From Octopus vulgaris (Eukaryota), in assembly GCA_951406725.2 (NCBI GenBank), contig OX597822.1, positions 40,052,001 to 40,116,000 of the forward strand: a stretch of DNA of 64,000 nucleotides, written 5' to 3'. The position numbers and the translations under genes were made by a program. Shown here piece after piece: positions 51,752 through 64,000 of the stretch. The notes below the pieces were generated by a model, which made no database searches, was not told the DNA's origin, and was given only the letters and a program-made list of their open reading frames with translations. Positions within the stretch are counted from its first letter, which is position 1. Every line of letters begins with the position of its first letter.

Positions 51752-51980
51752 TAAAGGTGGGTACGCTTCATGGTTCAGACGGACGTAGCCCCGAAGTATG
51801 GTGAGGGAGATGCGTTGGATACGGGGTTCGCACTTCGAGTTAGCCATCTCCGACTCCATAAAAGTGAGCAAGGATGCTGTCCGGATGTCTAGAACGCCGG
51901 AGGACTCCACTGCCACAGGCTCAACCGCAAACACGTCAGAGAGCGGCCGATACTGTGACAGTTAGCCCTCTTCGACTTAA
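51752..51980 (-). pseudogene. CRE-like retrotransposon C-terminal (RLE-region) fragment
   Basis: YRPLSDVFAVEPVAVESSGVL...EPRIQRISLTILRG resembles KY..L...F.PVAVETxG...QRISxAxxRGN; GC-richer than flanks. Confidence 0.55.
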
Positions 51981-52344
51981 ATAAATGAAAAGTTTTAAAC
52001 TAAAGGAACTTTCTGGTTTTTAGATCTCACCGAACAGTTTTAAATCTTCCATGAACAAAAAGATGCTTCATAATAAATTACTTCCCCCACCATTCATAAC
52101 TAAATCTTGTTTTTCGCACTATCGACTTCATCGATATCAAGCAAACATCGAAGGCAACATGTTGTCACCTTGGATGACCTCCACCTCTTGTTCTCCGAGT
52201 TTCTCTCTGTATAGAATCAATTTGATGTGTGTGCAATTTTGGTCCAACCACATAGTTTTTCTTTTTGTTTTTTGTGCTCCGTTATTTGGGGCTGAGATTC
52301 CATATCGTTTGCATAAACGTCAGCGTGCATTTCATCAGTCGTTA

Positions 52345-53810
52345 TGTTGACTTCAAATCCCGCTTTCTGGGTCGATAAAATAACCAGTTGAACGCTAGGG
52401 TCAATGTAATTTATTCTCCCTTTCTCAAAATTTCGGGCCATGTGACCATAGATGAAAGAATAAAAAAAACAAACAGGTATTGAGCTAATAAAATCGTTCG
52501 CACGTCGAACAACGTTCTTAGTGACATTTCTTCTGACTTTTTACATGCTGAGCTCAAAGCCCGCAAGAGTCAGCTTTACCCTTCACCCTTTCGGGGTCGA
52601 TAGAATAAATACCAGTTGAGCACAGGGGGCAATGTAATCGACTCACATCCATAAAATTTCAGTCAATTGTGGAAGAAAAAATAAACACAATTCGCGCCAC
52701 TACTAAACTGGTATTTCTCTTCTTGCAATCTTTCAGCTTAGGACTACCAATGAACCACTGATTATTTATCTTCCTGCCTTGTTTACAACAAACTGCTTGT
52801 TTGTTCACCAGTTAATACTTACCGTTCAAGGGACGAATACAATCTCTCTGTGATCATTCAAGTTTGTTATTTGATAACTAATACAATACAAAGTGAAAAT
52901 CGTCAGTGGCATTTCCGTTTCTCTGGAGGTAGTGGTTGGCTTTTGTTCAAGTTGCATGAAGTTATTATTATAGCAGTGAGCTGTCAGAAGCTCTAAGCGC
53001 GTCGAACAAAATGCTGAGCGGCATTTCTTTCGGCTCATTACATTCCGAGTACAAATTCTAACCAGATCGACTTTATTTTTCATCCTTTCATGTTAGATAA
53101 CATAGGTAAGTACCAGTTGAGCACTGGAGTTGATGTAATAGATTTACCCATCCCACGAAATTGCTGGCTTTGTGCCAAAGCATGAAATTAACATTTAGAA
53201 GGCGGTAAACTGGCAGAATCGTTAGCATGCTGAGCAAAATACTTAGCGACATTTCGTCCGTCTTTACGTTCTGAGTTCAAATTTCGCCGAGGTCGACTTT
53301 GCTTTTCATCCTTTCGGGGTCGATTAAATAAGTACCAGTTACGCACTGGGGTCGATATAATCGACTTAATCCGTGTGTCTGTCCTTGTTTGTCCTCTCTG
53401 AGTTTAGCCCCTTGTGGGTGGTAAAGAAATAAATAGGCATTTCGTCTGCCGCTACGTTCTGAGTTCAAATTCCTCCGAGGTCGATTTTGCCTTTCATACT
53501 TTCGGGGTCAATTAAATAAGTACCGGTTACGCACTGGTGTCGATGTAATCGACTAAGTCCCCTCCCCACAAATTTCGGGTGTTGTGCCTATAGTAGAAAG
53601 GATTACTATTAAGGCAGCAAGTTGGCAGTATCGTTAGCGCGTCGGGCGAAATGCCTAGCAGAATTTTTTCCGTCTCCTTACATTCTGTGTTCGAATTCCA
53701 CCGAGGTTGATTTTGCCTTGCATCTTTTTTTGAGTCAATGAAATAAGAACCAGTCAAACACTGGGTTCAGTGTGGCCGATTTGTCCCCTCCTTCAAGATA
53801 TCCGGTTTTG
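52345..53810 (+). mobile_element. Cluster of same-strand SINE A copies
   Basis: Copies at about 52345, 52480, 52975, 53200 (dimer) and 53611. Confidence 0.8.
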
Positions 53811-53904
53811 TGACTGGATTAGAAATAATTATTTTAATTTTTATTATAAAGTGGTGGATTAACAGAATTGTTAGAGCACCGGATTAAATGATGGTGGCTA
53901 TTTT

Positions 53905-54602
53905 CTCATTTACTTGTTTCAGTCATTTGACTATGGCCATGCTGGAGCACCGACTTTAGTCGATCAAATCGACCCTAGGACTTATTCTTTGTAAGCCTAG
54001 TACTTATTCTATCGGTCCCGTTTCCCGAACTGCTAATTTACGGGGGCGTAAACACACCAGCATCGGTTGTCAAGTGATGTTGGGGGGACAAACACACACA
54101 CAAAATACACACACCCGCGCATATATACATACATATATACGACGGGCTTCTTTCATTTTCCGTCTACCAAATCCACTCACAAGGCTTTGGTCGGCCCAAG
54201 GTGCCACGAAGTGGGACTGAACCCGGAACCATGTGGTTCGTAAGCAAACTACTTACCACACAGCCACTCCTAAGATTATGTTAGTTAAGGTTCTTTAAGT
54301 TATGAGTTAAGATCTGTCGACTAAAATTTATCTGAGATCGATGAAATAAAGTATTACCGGGACGTAAACAAACGTACGTGTGTATGTACCTACCCACACA
54401 CACATAGTTTCCGCTTACCAAATTCTACAATGCATAGGTTAACCCGGGGCAATAGTGGAAAACACCGCGGAGTGAGATTGAACCCAAAAGAGCGTGGTTG
54501 CAAAGCGAGCTGCTTAACAACACAACTTGACCTGCGCGCACACACCCACACGTATACAAACATCTATGTATGTATAAATGGTTGTATGTAAAAATGCATA
54601 TC

Positions 54603-54641
<39 letters not shown>

Positions 54642-55360
54642 TGCGCAGACAAATACACACGTGTGCTGAACATTTAACGGTGCACACATCCTCAAAGAAG
54701 CATACAGGTTTTGAACATGCATTTATCTATCCGCGCTTCGACACCACACACAATTCATGAGTGCATGCAAAGAAGTCTCGTTGACTGCTGCTATACATAT
54801 GCATATTGCACATCAGCTTTGCAGAAAAGCTGCATCTGTGCACAATTAAGCTATATTTCATCACTTGAAGGGTAAATACTATTTATTGCTTGTGTATGTG
54901 TGTGGGGATAAGAGTGAAGTAGCTGTACAGCCGCTGTATTAGAATGACCACCACTGGCGATTAGCGGAAATTACTCTTTTAATCTTTTACTTGTTTCAGT
55001 CATTTGACTGCGGCCATGCTGGAGCACCACCTTTAGTCGAACAAATCGATCCCAGGACTTATTCTTTGTAAGCCTAAGCCTAGTACTTATTCTATCGGTC
55101 TCCTTTGCCGAACCGCTAGCTTACGGGGACGTAAATAAAACCGATGCTAGTGGGGGAGGGGCACAGACACACAAATATATACACAGACATATACATATAT
55201 ACGACGGGCTTCTTTCCTTTTCCGGCCACTAAATCCACTCACGAAGCTTTGGTCGGCCCGAAGCTATAGTAGAATACACTTGCCCAAGGTGCCGCGCAGT
55301 GGGAATGAACCCAGAACCATGTGGTTGGTAAGCAAACTACTTACTACACAGCCACTCCTC
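53905..55360 (-). mobile_element. SINE B copies (53905-54270, degenerate 54405-54535, 54975-55360)
   Basis: Match to family B. Confidence 0.85.
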
Positions 55361-56013
55361 AATAATGCTAGTGCAAGTAGATAACAGCTTGTACAACACC
55401 ACCTCTTTTGCAAACTGTTGTCTGCTTAACAGCTTGTACGATATTCTCCATCAAAGCCAAGGAGCCCTGAGGCAAGCCAGAGCGGGACATCTATCTCAGC
55501 AATATTAACGGGTTTTATAACAGAACAACTTGACCTAGAGAAATGCTATAACGGGTGATCTTGCAACTCAGCAGGCTCCTGTCCTGCGCTAATGACTCAG
55601 AGTTGATGACCCTGTATTGATCTTATCTGTCCTTTTGACAGATATTGTGTTTTTCATCCAGTTGAATTTCTAGCAACCCTCCTTACCTTGGTAGCTTGGT
55701 TCAGGTGTCTCTTCGGGCGCCGAGCACCAGACCTTACAACAGGTTATACTAAATGACCTGCTAGTACTGGCCTCACAGTGACCTAATGTACTCATGCGTA
55801 TGGTTGTCTTTATGTTTTATGCACACGTGTGTATGTTGTGTGTATGTTTATAAAAAGCAGCTTATGTTGAGTGAAGAATGGCTAAATAATTTTTGGTAGA
55901 ATGTCACATTTGTTTTATTTTTAGAACGAAAGAGTTAAAAGTAACTTCAAAGTTTCGGTTTAGCTGAGTTCTTCAGAACAGATCTATCTTTCTCTCTCTC
56001 AGTCTATACATGC

Positions 56014-56085
<72 letters not shown>

Positions 56086-56272
56086 GTTTCTTTATTACCC
56101 ACAAGGGGCTAAACATAGAGGGGACAAAGAAGAACAGACAAACGAATTAAGTCGATTACATCGACCCCAGTGCGTAATTGGTACATAATTTATCGATCCC
56201 GATAAATTCGACGGAATTTGAACTCAGAACGTAACGGCAGACTAAACACACACACACAGTTCTCAATGCCCG

Positions 56273-56310
<38 letters not shown>

Positions 56311-57023
56311 CACATACACACGCGCGCGCACGCAAATGCTAATTTTTTGTCGAATGAAGGGAGAACTCAGAAAAAAGCCATAGAGCTTATGGCTTTATTT
56401 AAAATGAATTTCCTTTATTCATAATTCGTGTCTCACGCTGCTGCGATCGTCAGGTGAATTGCTTTTGTCATTGGTGTCTTATTTCTCGTACTACGCTGAA
56501 ATTTCGTTACTATTCGATCGTTTCTCTCTTATGTTTGGTTAAAAGAAAAGAAACGAGAATAGATTTTTTTTTTGCGCGCACACACACACACACACACTAA
56601 AACCAGCCTAATGCAACTATCTATACATCTGTTTTATCTTTGTTTCTCATTGAACTGTGGTTGTACTGTGGCTCCAGCCAAAGGATTTTACTCGAATAAA
56701 TCAACTACAGGATTTTTTTTCAAAAGCCTGGTGTCTTTTGCCGAACCGTTAGGGTACGGGGGGGGGGCGTAAACAAACCAGCACCGTGTGTTAAGCAATG
56801 ATAGAGGACAAGCACAAATGTAACGACAAATATATGAACACGACAGGCTTCTTTCAGTTTCCGTCTACTAAATACACCTACAAGGCTTTGGTCGGTTCGG
56901 GGCTACAGTAGAGGGCATTATTTGCTCAAGATGCCACGCATTGGGGATGAACCCTGAACCTTGTGGTTTGGAAGACAGCTTCTTACCACACTTACAATAC
57001 ATTTATTGTCTAATGCACATATG

Positions 57024-57621
57024 CACGAGGGGTGCTGAAAAGTTCCTGGCTTTAAGGGTTCCGTGAAAAGCCTGACTGGAGGTTCAACCTTCCGAGTTCT
57101 TTTAGGTTTAGAAAAACTTAAGGACCACTGCAATAAGAGTGTGAATCTGAGAGGGGAATAAAATCACAATTAACTGATCCTTCTATATTTTCTTTTACTC
57201 AAAGCCAGGAACCTTTCAGCACCCCCTCATGTGTGTGTGTGTGTGTGTACGAGGGGATGTGGGATGCTGAAAGTTCTTGGCTTTAAGGGTGTCATGAAAG
57301 GCCAGGCTGGAGGCTGAGCCTTCCGAGTTATTTGACAGGGCTTAAATAAAACCGAAGGTTCACTGCAATAAGTGTGTAAATCTGAGAGGGGAATATGTTA
57401 CTCTTTTATTTGTTTGTCATTTGACTGCGGCCATGCTGGTGCACCGCCTTCAGTCGAGCAAATCGTCCCCAGGACTTATTCTTTGTAAGCCTAGTACTTA
57501 TTATATCGGTCTCTTTTGCTGACCCACAAAGTTACGGGGACGTAAACACACCACCATCGGTTGTCAAGTGATGTTGGGGAACAGACACACAAACATATAT
57601 ACACACACACACACATATATA

Positions 57622-57667
<46 letters not shown>

Positions 57668-57918
57668 ATACACACATATATACGACGGGCTTCTTTCAGT
57701 TTCTCTCTACCAAATCCACACACAAGGCTTTGGTCGGCCCGAGGCTATAGTAGAAGACACTTGCCCAAGATGCCACGAAGTGGGACTGAACCCAGAACCA
57801 TGTTGTTGGTAACCAAGCTACTTACCACACAGCCACTCCTGCGCCTATGATGAATAAAATCACAGTTAACTGATCCTCCTGTATTTTCTTTTACCCAAAG
57901 CCAAGAACTTTTCAGTAG
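57024..57918. mobile_element. Two mariner-derived MITEs (57024-57229; 57250-57918 split by SINE B 57400-57848)
   Basis: TIR cgagggggtgctgaaaagttcctgg; second copy resumes at gaataaaatcacagttaactgatcc after the SINE. Confidence 0.75.
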
Positions 57919-58518
57919 ACATTATGCAAAATAATATGCCCCATATACACTAACTTAAGTGACAAAGTTTATCATAAGATCAACAAGAAATCAATGGCCA
58001 AATACTTAAGGGTGGGGCACCGTTAGACCTGCACCCTAACTTCAAATAAGTTAGGGTATCACACATGTAATGCAACACTAAGTTTAGTATGTACCCCATA
58101 CAATATTTACTCGAATTATTTTCTGTCCCCTAACTTACCTCCTATCATTTCTCTCTTTTGCTCTCTCTTTCTATCCAAGTTCCTATCATTCGCGCTCTTC
58201 ATATTTTCTTCCCCATCGTCTTGTTTCTCATTCGCATATTCTGTGTGTGCCTTCCACCCCTCTCTCTCTGTCTTCTCTATTCCTTTATCTTTGTACTCTC
58301 ACTCTTTCATCTTTCATCTCCTCCTCCTCCTTCATCTCGCATATTTTATTATCTGCCATTCATATATCAAATTATCAATTCTTCCACCCTAGATATCCAC
58401 CTCCTCGCTCCTTTCCACAAACTTTCTCTCAACACACACACACACCGAAACATTCATTCAACTACACACAAATGTGTGTGTGTGTATGTATGTATGTATG
58501 TAATAATACGCACGCACT

Positions 58519-58556
<38 letters not shown>

Positions 58557-58565
<9 letters not shown>

Positions 58566-58690
58566 GCTCGTGTGCGTGTTTTTGTATATATATATATATG
58601 CTCGTGTGCGTGTTTTTGTGTATATATATGCTCGTGTGCGTGTTTTTGTGTATATATATGCTCGTGTGCGTGTTTTTGTATATATATATG
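58557..58690. repeat. ~30-bp tandem repeat, 4 copies
   Basis: atatatatgctcgtgtgcgtgtttttgt(g/a)t. Confidence 0.9.
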
Positions 58691-59217
58691 TGTGTGTGTA
58701 TGAGTCGAACAGATATGCCAACACATTCACACATACGTTTATGCACATATACATATACGTACACAATAAATATTGAAGGTCTGTAATAAAAGATAACGCT
58801 GATAACAACAACAATAGCAACAAAACCGTAAAACAACAACAACAACTACGATAACAACAAAAACATCAGCAATGCAACAATAAACGCTATACAACAGCAA
58901 CCGTAACAGCTGCATCAGCAATAAACACAACAGCAACATTTTACCGCCACCACCACTATCACCACAGACAACAATAACAAGACGAAGAATAGCAGCAGGA
59001 CTAGCATTAAACCATTACCACCACCACTCCTACCACGAGCAGCAATAAGAAGAAGAAGAAGAAGAACAAACAAAGCAAAACCAAGCAAACGAGTTCGCTT
59101 CGACAGAGTCGCTCGATCTGCTAGAAACAGCAGCATAATCACTTTCAAATCAAATCTTTTTGTCTCGAAGCAATTCAGATATAACGCGTACTGTAGTCAG
59201 AAACATAGTATGTCTGG

Positions 59218-59490
59218 GTGGAGGCGCAATGGCCCAGGCAGGGGATGGTGGTGATCCCTGCTGTACTCTTTCACCACAACTTTCTCTCACTCTTACTTCC
59301 TGTTTCTGTTGTACCTGTATTTCAAGGAGCCGGCCTTGTCACTCTCTGTGTCACGCTGAATATCCCCGAGAACTACGTTAAGGGTGCACGTTTCTGTGGA
59401 GTGCTCAGCCACTTACACGTTAATTTCACGAGCAGGCTGTTCCGTTGATTCGGATCAACCGGAACCCTCATCGTCGTAACCGACGGAGTG
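59218..59490 (+). mobile_element. SINE family C, head 2 (internally deleted) + tail ii
   Basis: gtggaggcgcaatggcccag joined directly to gcaggggatggtgg, then tail ii. Confidence 0.75.
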
Positions 59491-59991
59491 CTTCCATGTC
59501 TGGGAAAAAGAACAAGAAAATAAAAAGAAACAATGCATGGCTGTGTGGTAAGAAATTTGCCTCCTAGCCACTTGGTTCCAAGTTCAGTCCCAGTGCGTGG
59601 CACCTTGGGCATGTATTTTTTTTATAGTAGACCAAAAGCTGTGTGGGTGGTTGTAGACGGAAACTGAAACATGAAAGAAGCCCGTTATATCACGCACACG
59701 TTGCCTTACACACGCTGGTCACCACCACATGCACACATACACTCAGTTACTGCCACACACACACGCTACCATACATGCATACATACGCCAACACACACAC
59801 ATTCCACTGCACACATATGCGCGCACACCCATATATACCCACAGACACCAACCAATCTTTACACTCTCCTGTCCCAGAAATCACTTTGTCCTTCTACTTC
59901 CGGTCATTTCAAAAATGTAATTACACGTGGACTGTTGGCTATTTATTTTCCTCCTCCCTCCTTCCTTTTCTTTTGGACTTTCCTTTGTCTC

Positions 59992-60030
59992 TTGTTTCCG
60001 AAGAAGAACTTTATTCGAAACGTAAAACAA
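59992..60030 (+). ncRNA. Minimal HHR motif with a U4C substitution
   Basis: UUGUUU-CCGAAGA-A-GAA(CUUUA)UUC-GAAA-CG-UA-AAACAA. Confidence 0.55.
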
Positions 60031-60139
60031 CCACTCTAGCTTTCCTTCGCAGTGCGTCTTATAAATACTTTGCATGTACCACGTCCTTCTGCTGTTGTTT
60101 TTTTCTTTTTTTTTCTGGTTTTTGGGGTTAGGGTTAGGT

Positions 60140-60552
60140 CGTGCTAACGTTTCATATTTCTTTATTGCCCACAAGTGGCTAAACATAGAGGGTACAAAAA
60201 AGAACAAAGAGATTAAGTCGATTACATCGGCCCCAGCGCGTAACTGGTACTTATCTAACCCGAAAGGATGAAAGGCAAAGTCGACCGCGGAAGAATTTGA
60301 ACTCAGAACGTAACGGCAGACGAAATACCTATTTTTTTACTACCCACAAGGGGCTAAACATAGAAGGGACAAACAAGGACAAAGAGATTACGTCGATTAC
60401 ATCGGCCCCAGCGCGTAACTGGTACTTATCTACCCCGAAAGGATGAAAGGCAAAGTCGACCTCGGCGGAATTTGAACTCAGAACGTAGTGGCAGACGAAA
60501 TACCGCTAAGCATTTCGCCTGGCGTGCTAACGATTCTGCCAGCTCGCTGCCT
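60140..60552 (-). mobile_element. SINE A dimer
   Basis: Reverse complement of family A with an internal repeat junction. Confidence 0.85.
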
Positions 60553-61784
60553 TAGTGAGAGAAACTTGTGGCAGAAGAGTCATAAGTTCGCCATTACCTT
60601 CTGCCGGAGCCACGTAGAACTTAGGTGTTTCGCTATGTGTGTGTGTGTGTATTTAAAGGTAAGATACAAGGAGCAAGGTGCAGGAAATTGGTGAACTTCA
60701 AGCAGTTCGTAGAAGATTTTAAAAACAACTTTCAGAAACAACAGTGGTTTATTGGAGCAGAAGGTTGTAATAGGCAACTGGGGTTGCTGCATATGCAAAT
60801 AAATATCCCAAAATAAGAGAATGGAGCTGATAAAATTCAGGCTACATATGTTTCATGGCTAACGGAACTTTAGAAGTAGTAATTATCCAAACGGGGATGG
60901 GGGTTAGACCGCAAGCTACGCTTCAGATCAAGGATACCTTGATTAAATGAAGTTTACATTGTCGCTCGTGGGTCCTCGTGTAAACTCGCAGGGTATTCAA
61001 TCGAAATGCATATGTAATCTGTGTGTTTGTCCTCCATCACCGCTTGACAACCGGTGTTGCTATGTTTATGTTACTGTAACGATCTGTTCGGCTAAAGGCA
61101 CCGATAGGCTAAGTGGCAGGTTAAAAAATAAAAAGGGCTGGGGTCGATTCGTTCGACTAAAATTCTTCAGGGCGGTGCCCCAGCATGGCCGCAGTCTAAT
61201 GACTGAGACAAGTAGAAGATAAAAGATATGGAATGGTCAGAGCTGGGACGTGTTTGATGATGTTTGCTGGAACCGAACCTGCTTTGTGCTAACCACAACA
61301 ACAGTAGCATATCATATCCTCCCCGCCATCTTTGTCATCGTTATCGTCACGATCAGCATCAACACCATCATCATCACTACCATCGTTATCATCATCATCA
61401 TCATCCGTAACGAAACCGAGACCGTAAAATTTCACTTCTGTTTTTGTTTAAGCAACGGGGCAGCCTACATTAGAAAATTAGAGGAGAAAAGAGAATGAGA
61501 TATGATGTTGTAGTCCTCATCTCATGCATTTAGTTAGGAAACTATGCCTCATCCCCTTATATTTTTCTCCTTAAATAATCTGAACGATTGAAGTAACATG
61601 GAACTTTGAGTAGCAACAGTGATAAACATTTAAAACCGATCCTGCGTGATAAGGCAATTTGCGAGCAATTTATTATGTGAACGATTTTTTATGAATATAA
61701 AGTGTAGCTATATTTTACGGTCTTCAGACTTGTTTCGCTCGAAAAAGATTATCATATTTTTCAATCAGAACGGATAGAATTAAT

Positions 61785-61817
<33 letters not shown>

Positions 61818-61821
<4 letters not shown>

Positions 61822-62375
61822 TAGATTTAGACTTAGATATGTTTCGACCAAAGATTGGTCCAGGTCATGTCTAACTTAATAGCACCACCTGATAGGATTA
61901 TTCGAATCCTGTTTAAGTCAAGTTTTGTTTAAGTCAAGTTTTGTTTAAGTCAAGTTTTGTTTAAGTCAAGTTTTGTTTAAGTCAAGTTTTGTTTAAGTCA
62001 AGTTTTGTTTAAGTCAAGTTTTGTTTAACTCAAGTTTTGTTTAAGTCAAGTTTTGTTTAAGTCAAGTTTTGTTTAAGTCAAGTTTTGTTTAAGTCAAGTT
62101 TTGTTTAAGTCAAGTTTTGTTTAAGTCAAGTTTTGTTTAAGTTAAGTTTTGTTCAAGTAGTGAGTTCTTGTTGGGTGAGTTGTATCCAGTTTTGTTCAAG
62201 TAGTGAGTTCTTGTTGGGTGAGTTGTATCCAATTATGGGTGGCTTATCTGGTATTCTTTGAAGGAATCTATCCAGACTCCGTTTAAAGTTGATGGGATCC
62301 TTTTCCTCTTTGATCTCCCTCGGGACAATGTTAAATAGGGCAGGGCCTGTTGAGGAAAAGAAATTATGTTGCAGA
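61818..62375 (-). mobile_element. CR1-clade LINE 3' end with internal tandem amplification
   Basis: LQHNFFSSTGPALFNIVPREIKEEKDPINFKRSLDRFLQRIPDKPPIIGYNSPNKNSLL, typical of a CR1 ORF2 C-terminus; 3' UTR ending (tctaa[g/a])n; flanked by (TA)n. Confidence 0.8.
61911..62150. repeat. 16-bp minisatellite gtttaagtcaagtttt, 15 copies
   Basis: Directly visible, followed by a 43-bp duplication (62146-62231). Confidence 0.95.
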
Positions 62376-62475
62376 TTATATATATATATATATATATCTT
62401 AACAAGTGAAGAAGTCTAAAAACCACAAGATATTACCCTTAATATATTCTATATTCGAAACATATATATATATAC

Positions 62476-62870
62476 TTTTTACTTGTTTCAGTCATTTGAC
62501 TGCGGCCATGCTGGAGCACCGCCTTTAATCGAGCAACTCGACCCCGGGACTTATTCTTTTGTAAGCCCAGTACTTATTTTATCGGTCTCTTTTGCCGAAC
62601 CGCTAAGTAACGGGGACATAAACACACCAGCATCGGTTGTCAAGCAATGCTAGGGGGACAAATACAGACACACAAACACACACACGCATATATATATATA
62701 CATATATACGACGGGCTTCTTTCAGTTTCCGTCTACCAAATCCACTCACAAGGCTTTGGTCAGCCCGAGGCTATAGAAGACACTTGCCCAAGGTGCCACG
62801 CAGTGGGACTGAACCCGGAACCATGTGGCTGGTAAACAAGCTACTTACCACACAGCCACTCCTGCGCCTA
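62476..62870 (-). mobile_element. SINE B, full length
   Basis: Match to family B. Confidence 0.9.
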
Positions 62871-62889
62871 TATATATGAATTTATCTGC

Positions 62890-62944
<55 letters not shown>

Positions 62945-63760
62945 TGTCTGTATATGTATGTGTGTGAGTGTACATATATATATGTCCCTCTGTGTTTATA
63001 TGCACACACACGTGTATATATCTATTTATGTACATACATGTCATCTTGGTTCCTTATCCAGAGGGAAAAGGCGGGATGACCTCAGTTGGTATTCCTTATA
63101 CCCTAGACCTTCTCTATCATGGCAGACCTAGGGTTAAAGAACAACGTGCCGTTGATTACATAAACCAGGAAGTGAGGACTGGGGTTAGAGTTCGATGAAC
63201 GAAATATAATAGCTTCGTCTCACTCATTTAAAAAAAGAAAGTGGGATCGTGTTTATAAAGTTTTAATTTGGTATATGCGTTTGTAAAAACAAAAGACGGT
63301 ATGGTCATGGCGAGAATACTTTTTGATCAGATCTCTTTCCTCTCTGTCTGTCTCTGAGCTTGTGTTCACTGAATCGTTATTCAGTCGAACATTCCTGCGC
63401 TTCTATAGTTGTCACTCTGCGCCCTTAAGAATAATTGAGTCTAAATATTTGTATTGAATATGCAGAACGATCTCCCGAGAAAGGCTTAAATAGAGCGTGA
63501 CGTTGAAAGCGCTGAAGTGCTATTAATATCTTTTAGAATAGTTCTGTTAGATTGTCAATTGATGGTTATCAGAGTATTCAAAATAAATAAGAGAGAAAAC
63601 CCCGTTGGACCATAATGCTAATGGGGACAACACAAGCCATCAATAAAATGAACTCCCTGTACAGTAGATTTCTAAAATTCCTAAGCGTCACTAAATAGGG
63701 AATTTAGTAGAACATATTGAGAACCGTGAGATCTAGGATCATTTACTTGGCTTTGTGTGT

Positions 63761-63995
63761 GTAGAGGAGCATGGCCTGGTGCTTAGGGCCTCATGGTTTC
63801 AAGAGGATGGTTTCAATTTCTAGATCGAGCGGTGTATTGTGCTGTTGAACAAAATACTTCATTTCATGTTGCTTCGAGATCACTTCGACACACATGACGT
63901 ATAACACACCGTGCACCTGTAAAGGTAATGTCGATTTGATGGAGCGGGGTGAGCTAATGTACAACTTAAACATTTGATCACTATAAATAAATCCT
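63761..63995 (+). mobile_element. SINE family C head 1 with a further tail type, degenerate
   Basis: tggcctggtgcttaggg...ggtttcaattt, aatacttcatttcatgttgct, then a tail unlike the other copies. Confidence 0.55.
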
Positions 63996-64000
63996 TTATA

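Noticed and set aside
60660-60940. Possible RTE-X LINE fragment
   Set aside because: Only faint motif resemblance (IPK, RPQATLQIKDT); too degraded to call
61911-62231. CRISPR-like array
   Set aside because: Contiguous tandem units with no unique spacers, no cas genes, eukaryotic context

Overview
AT-rich, repeat-saturated animal genomic DNA, most consistent with an octopus (coleoid cephalopod) intronic/intergenic region; the organism is inferred from the repeat families, not from a search. I found no intact protein-coding gene: nearly all track ORFs are translations of (TA)n/(CA)n/(ATG)n microsatellites or SINEs. The window holds dozens of tRNA-derived SINEs in three groups (called A, B and C here), decayed non-LTR retrotransposons (R4/Dong, CR1, RTE, Tx1/L1 and CRE-like), decayed Tc1 and mariner transposons, hAT/Tc2/piggyBac/mariner MITEs, a Helitron and minisatellites, often nested. 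The most notable signal is a set of minimal type-I hammerhead-ribozyme (HHR) motifs with palindromic helix III, several inside long foldback palindromes, the known signature of Penelope-like elements. One has a G3-C8 swapped catalytic core. A possible 5' exon ends at a consensus donor at 42864. All calls were made by eye, and most boundaries are approximate.
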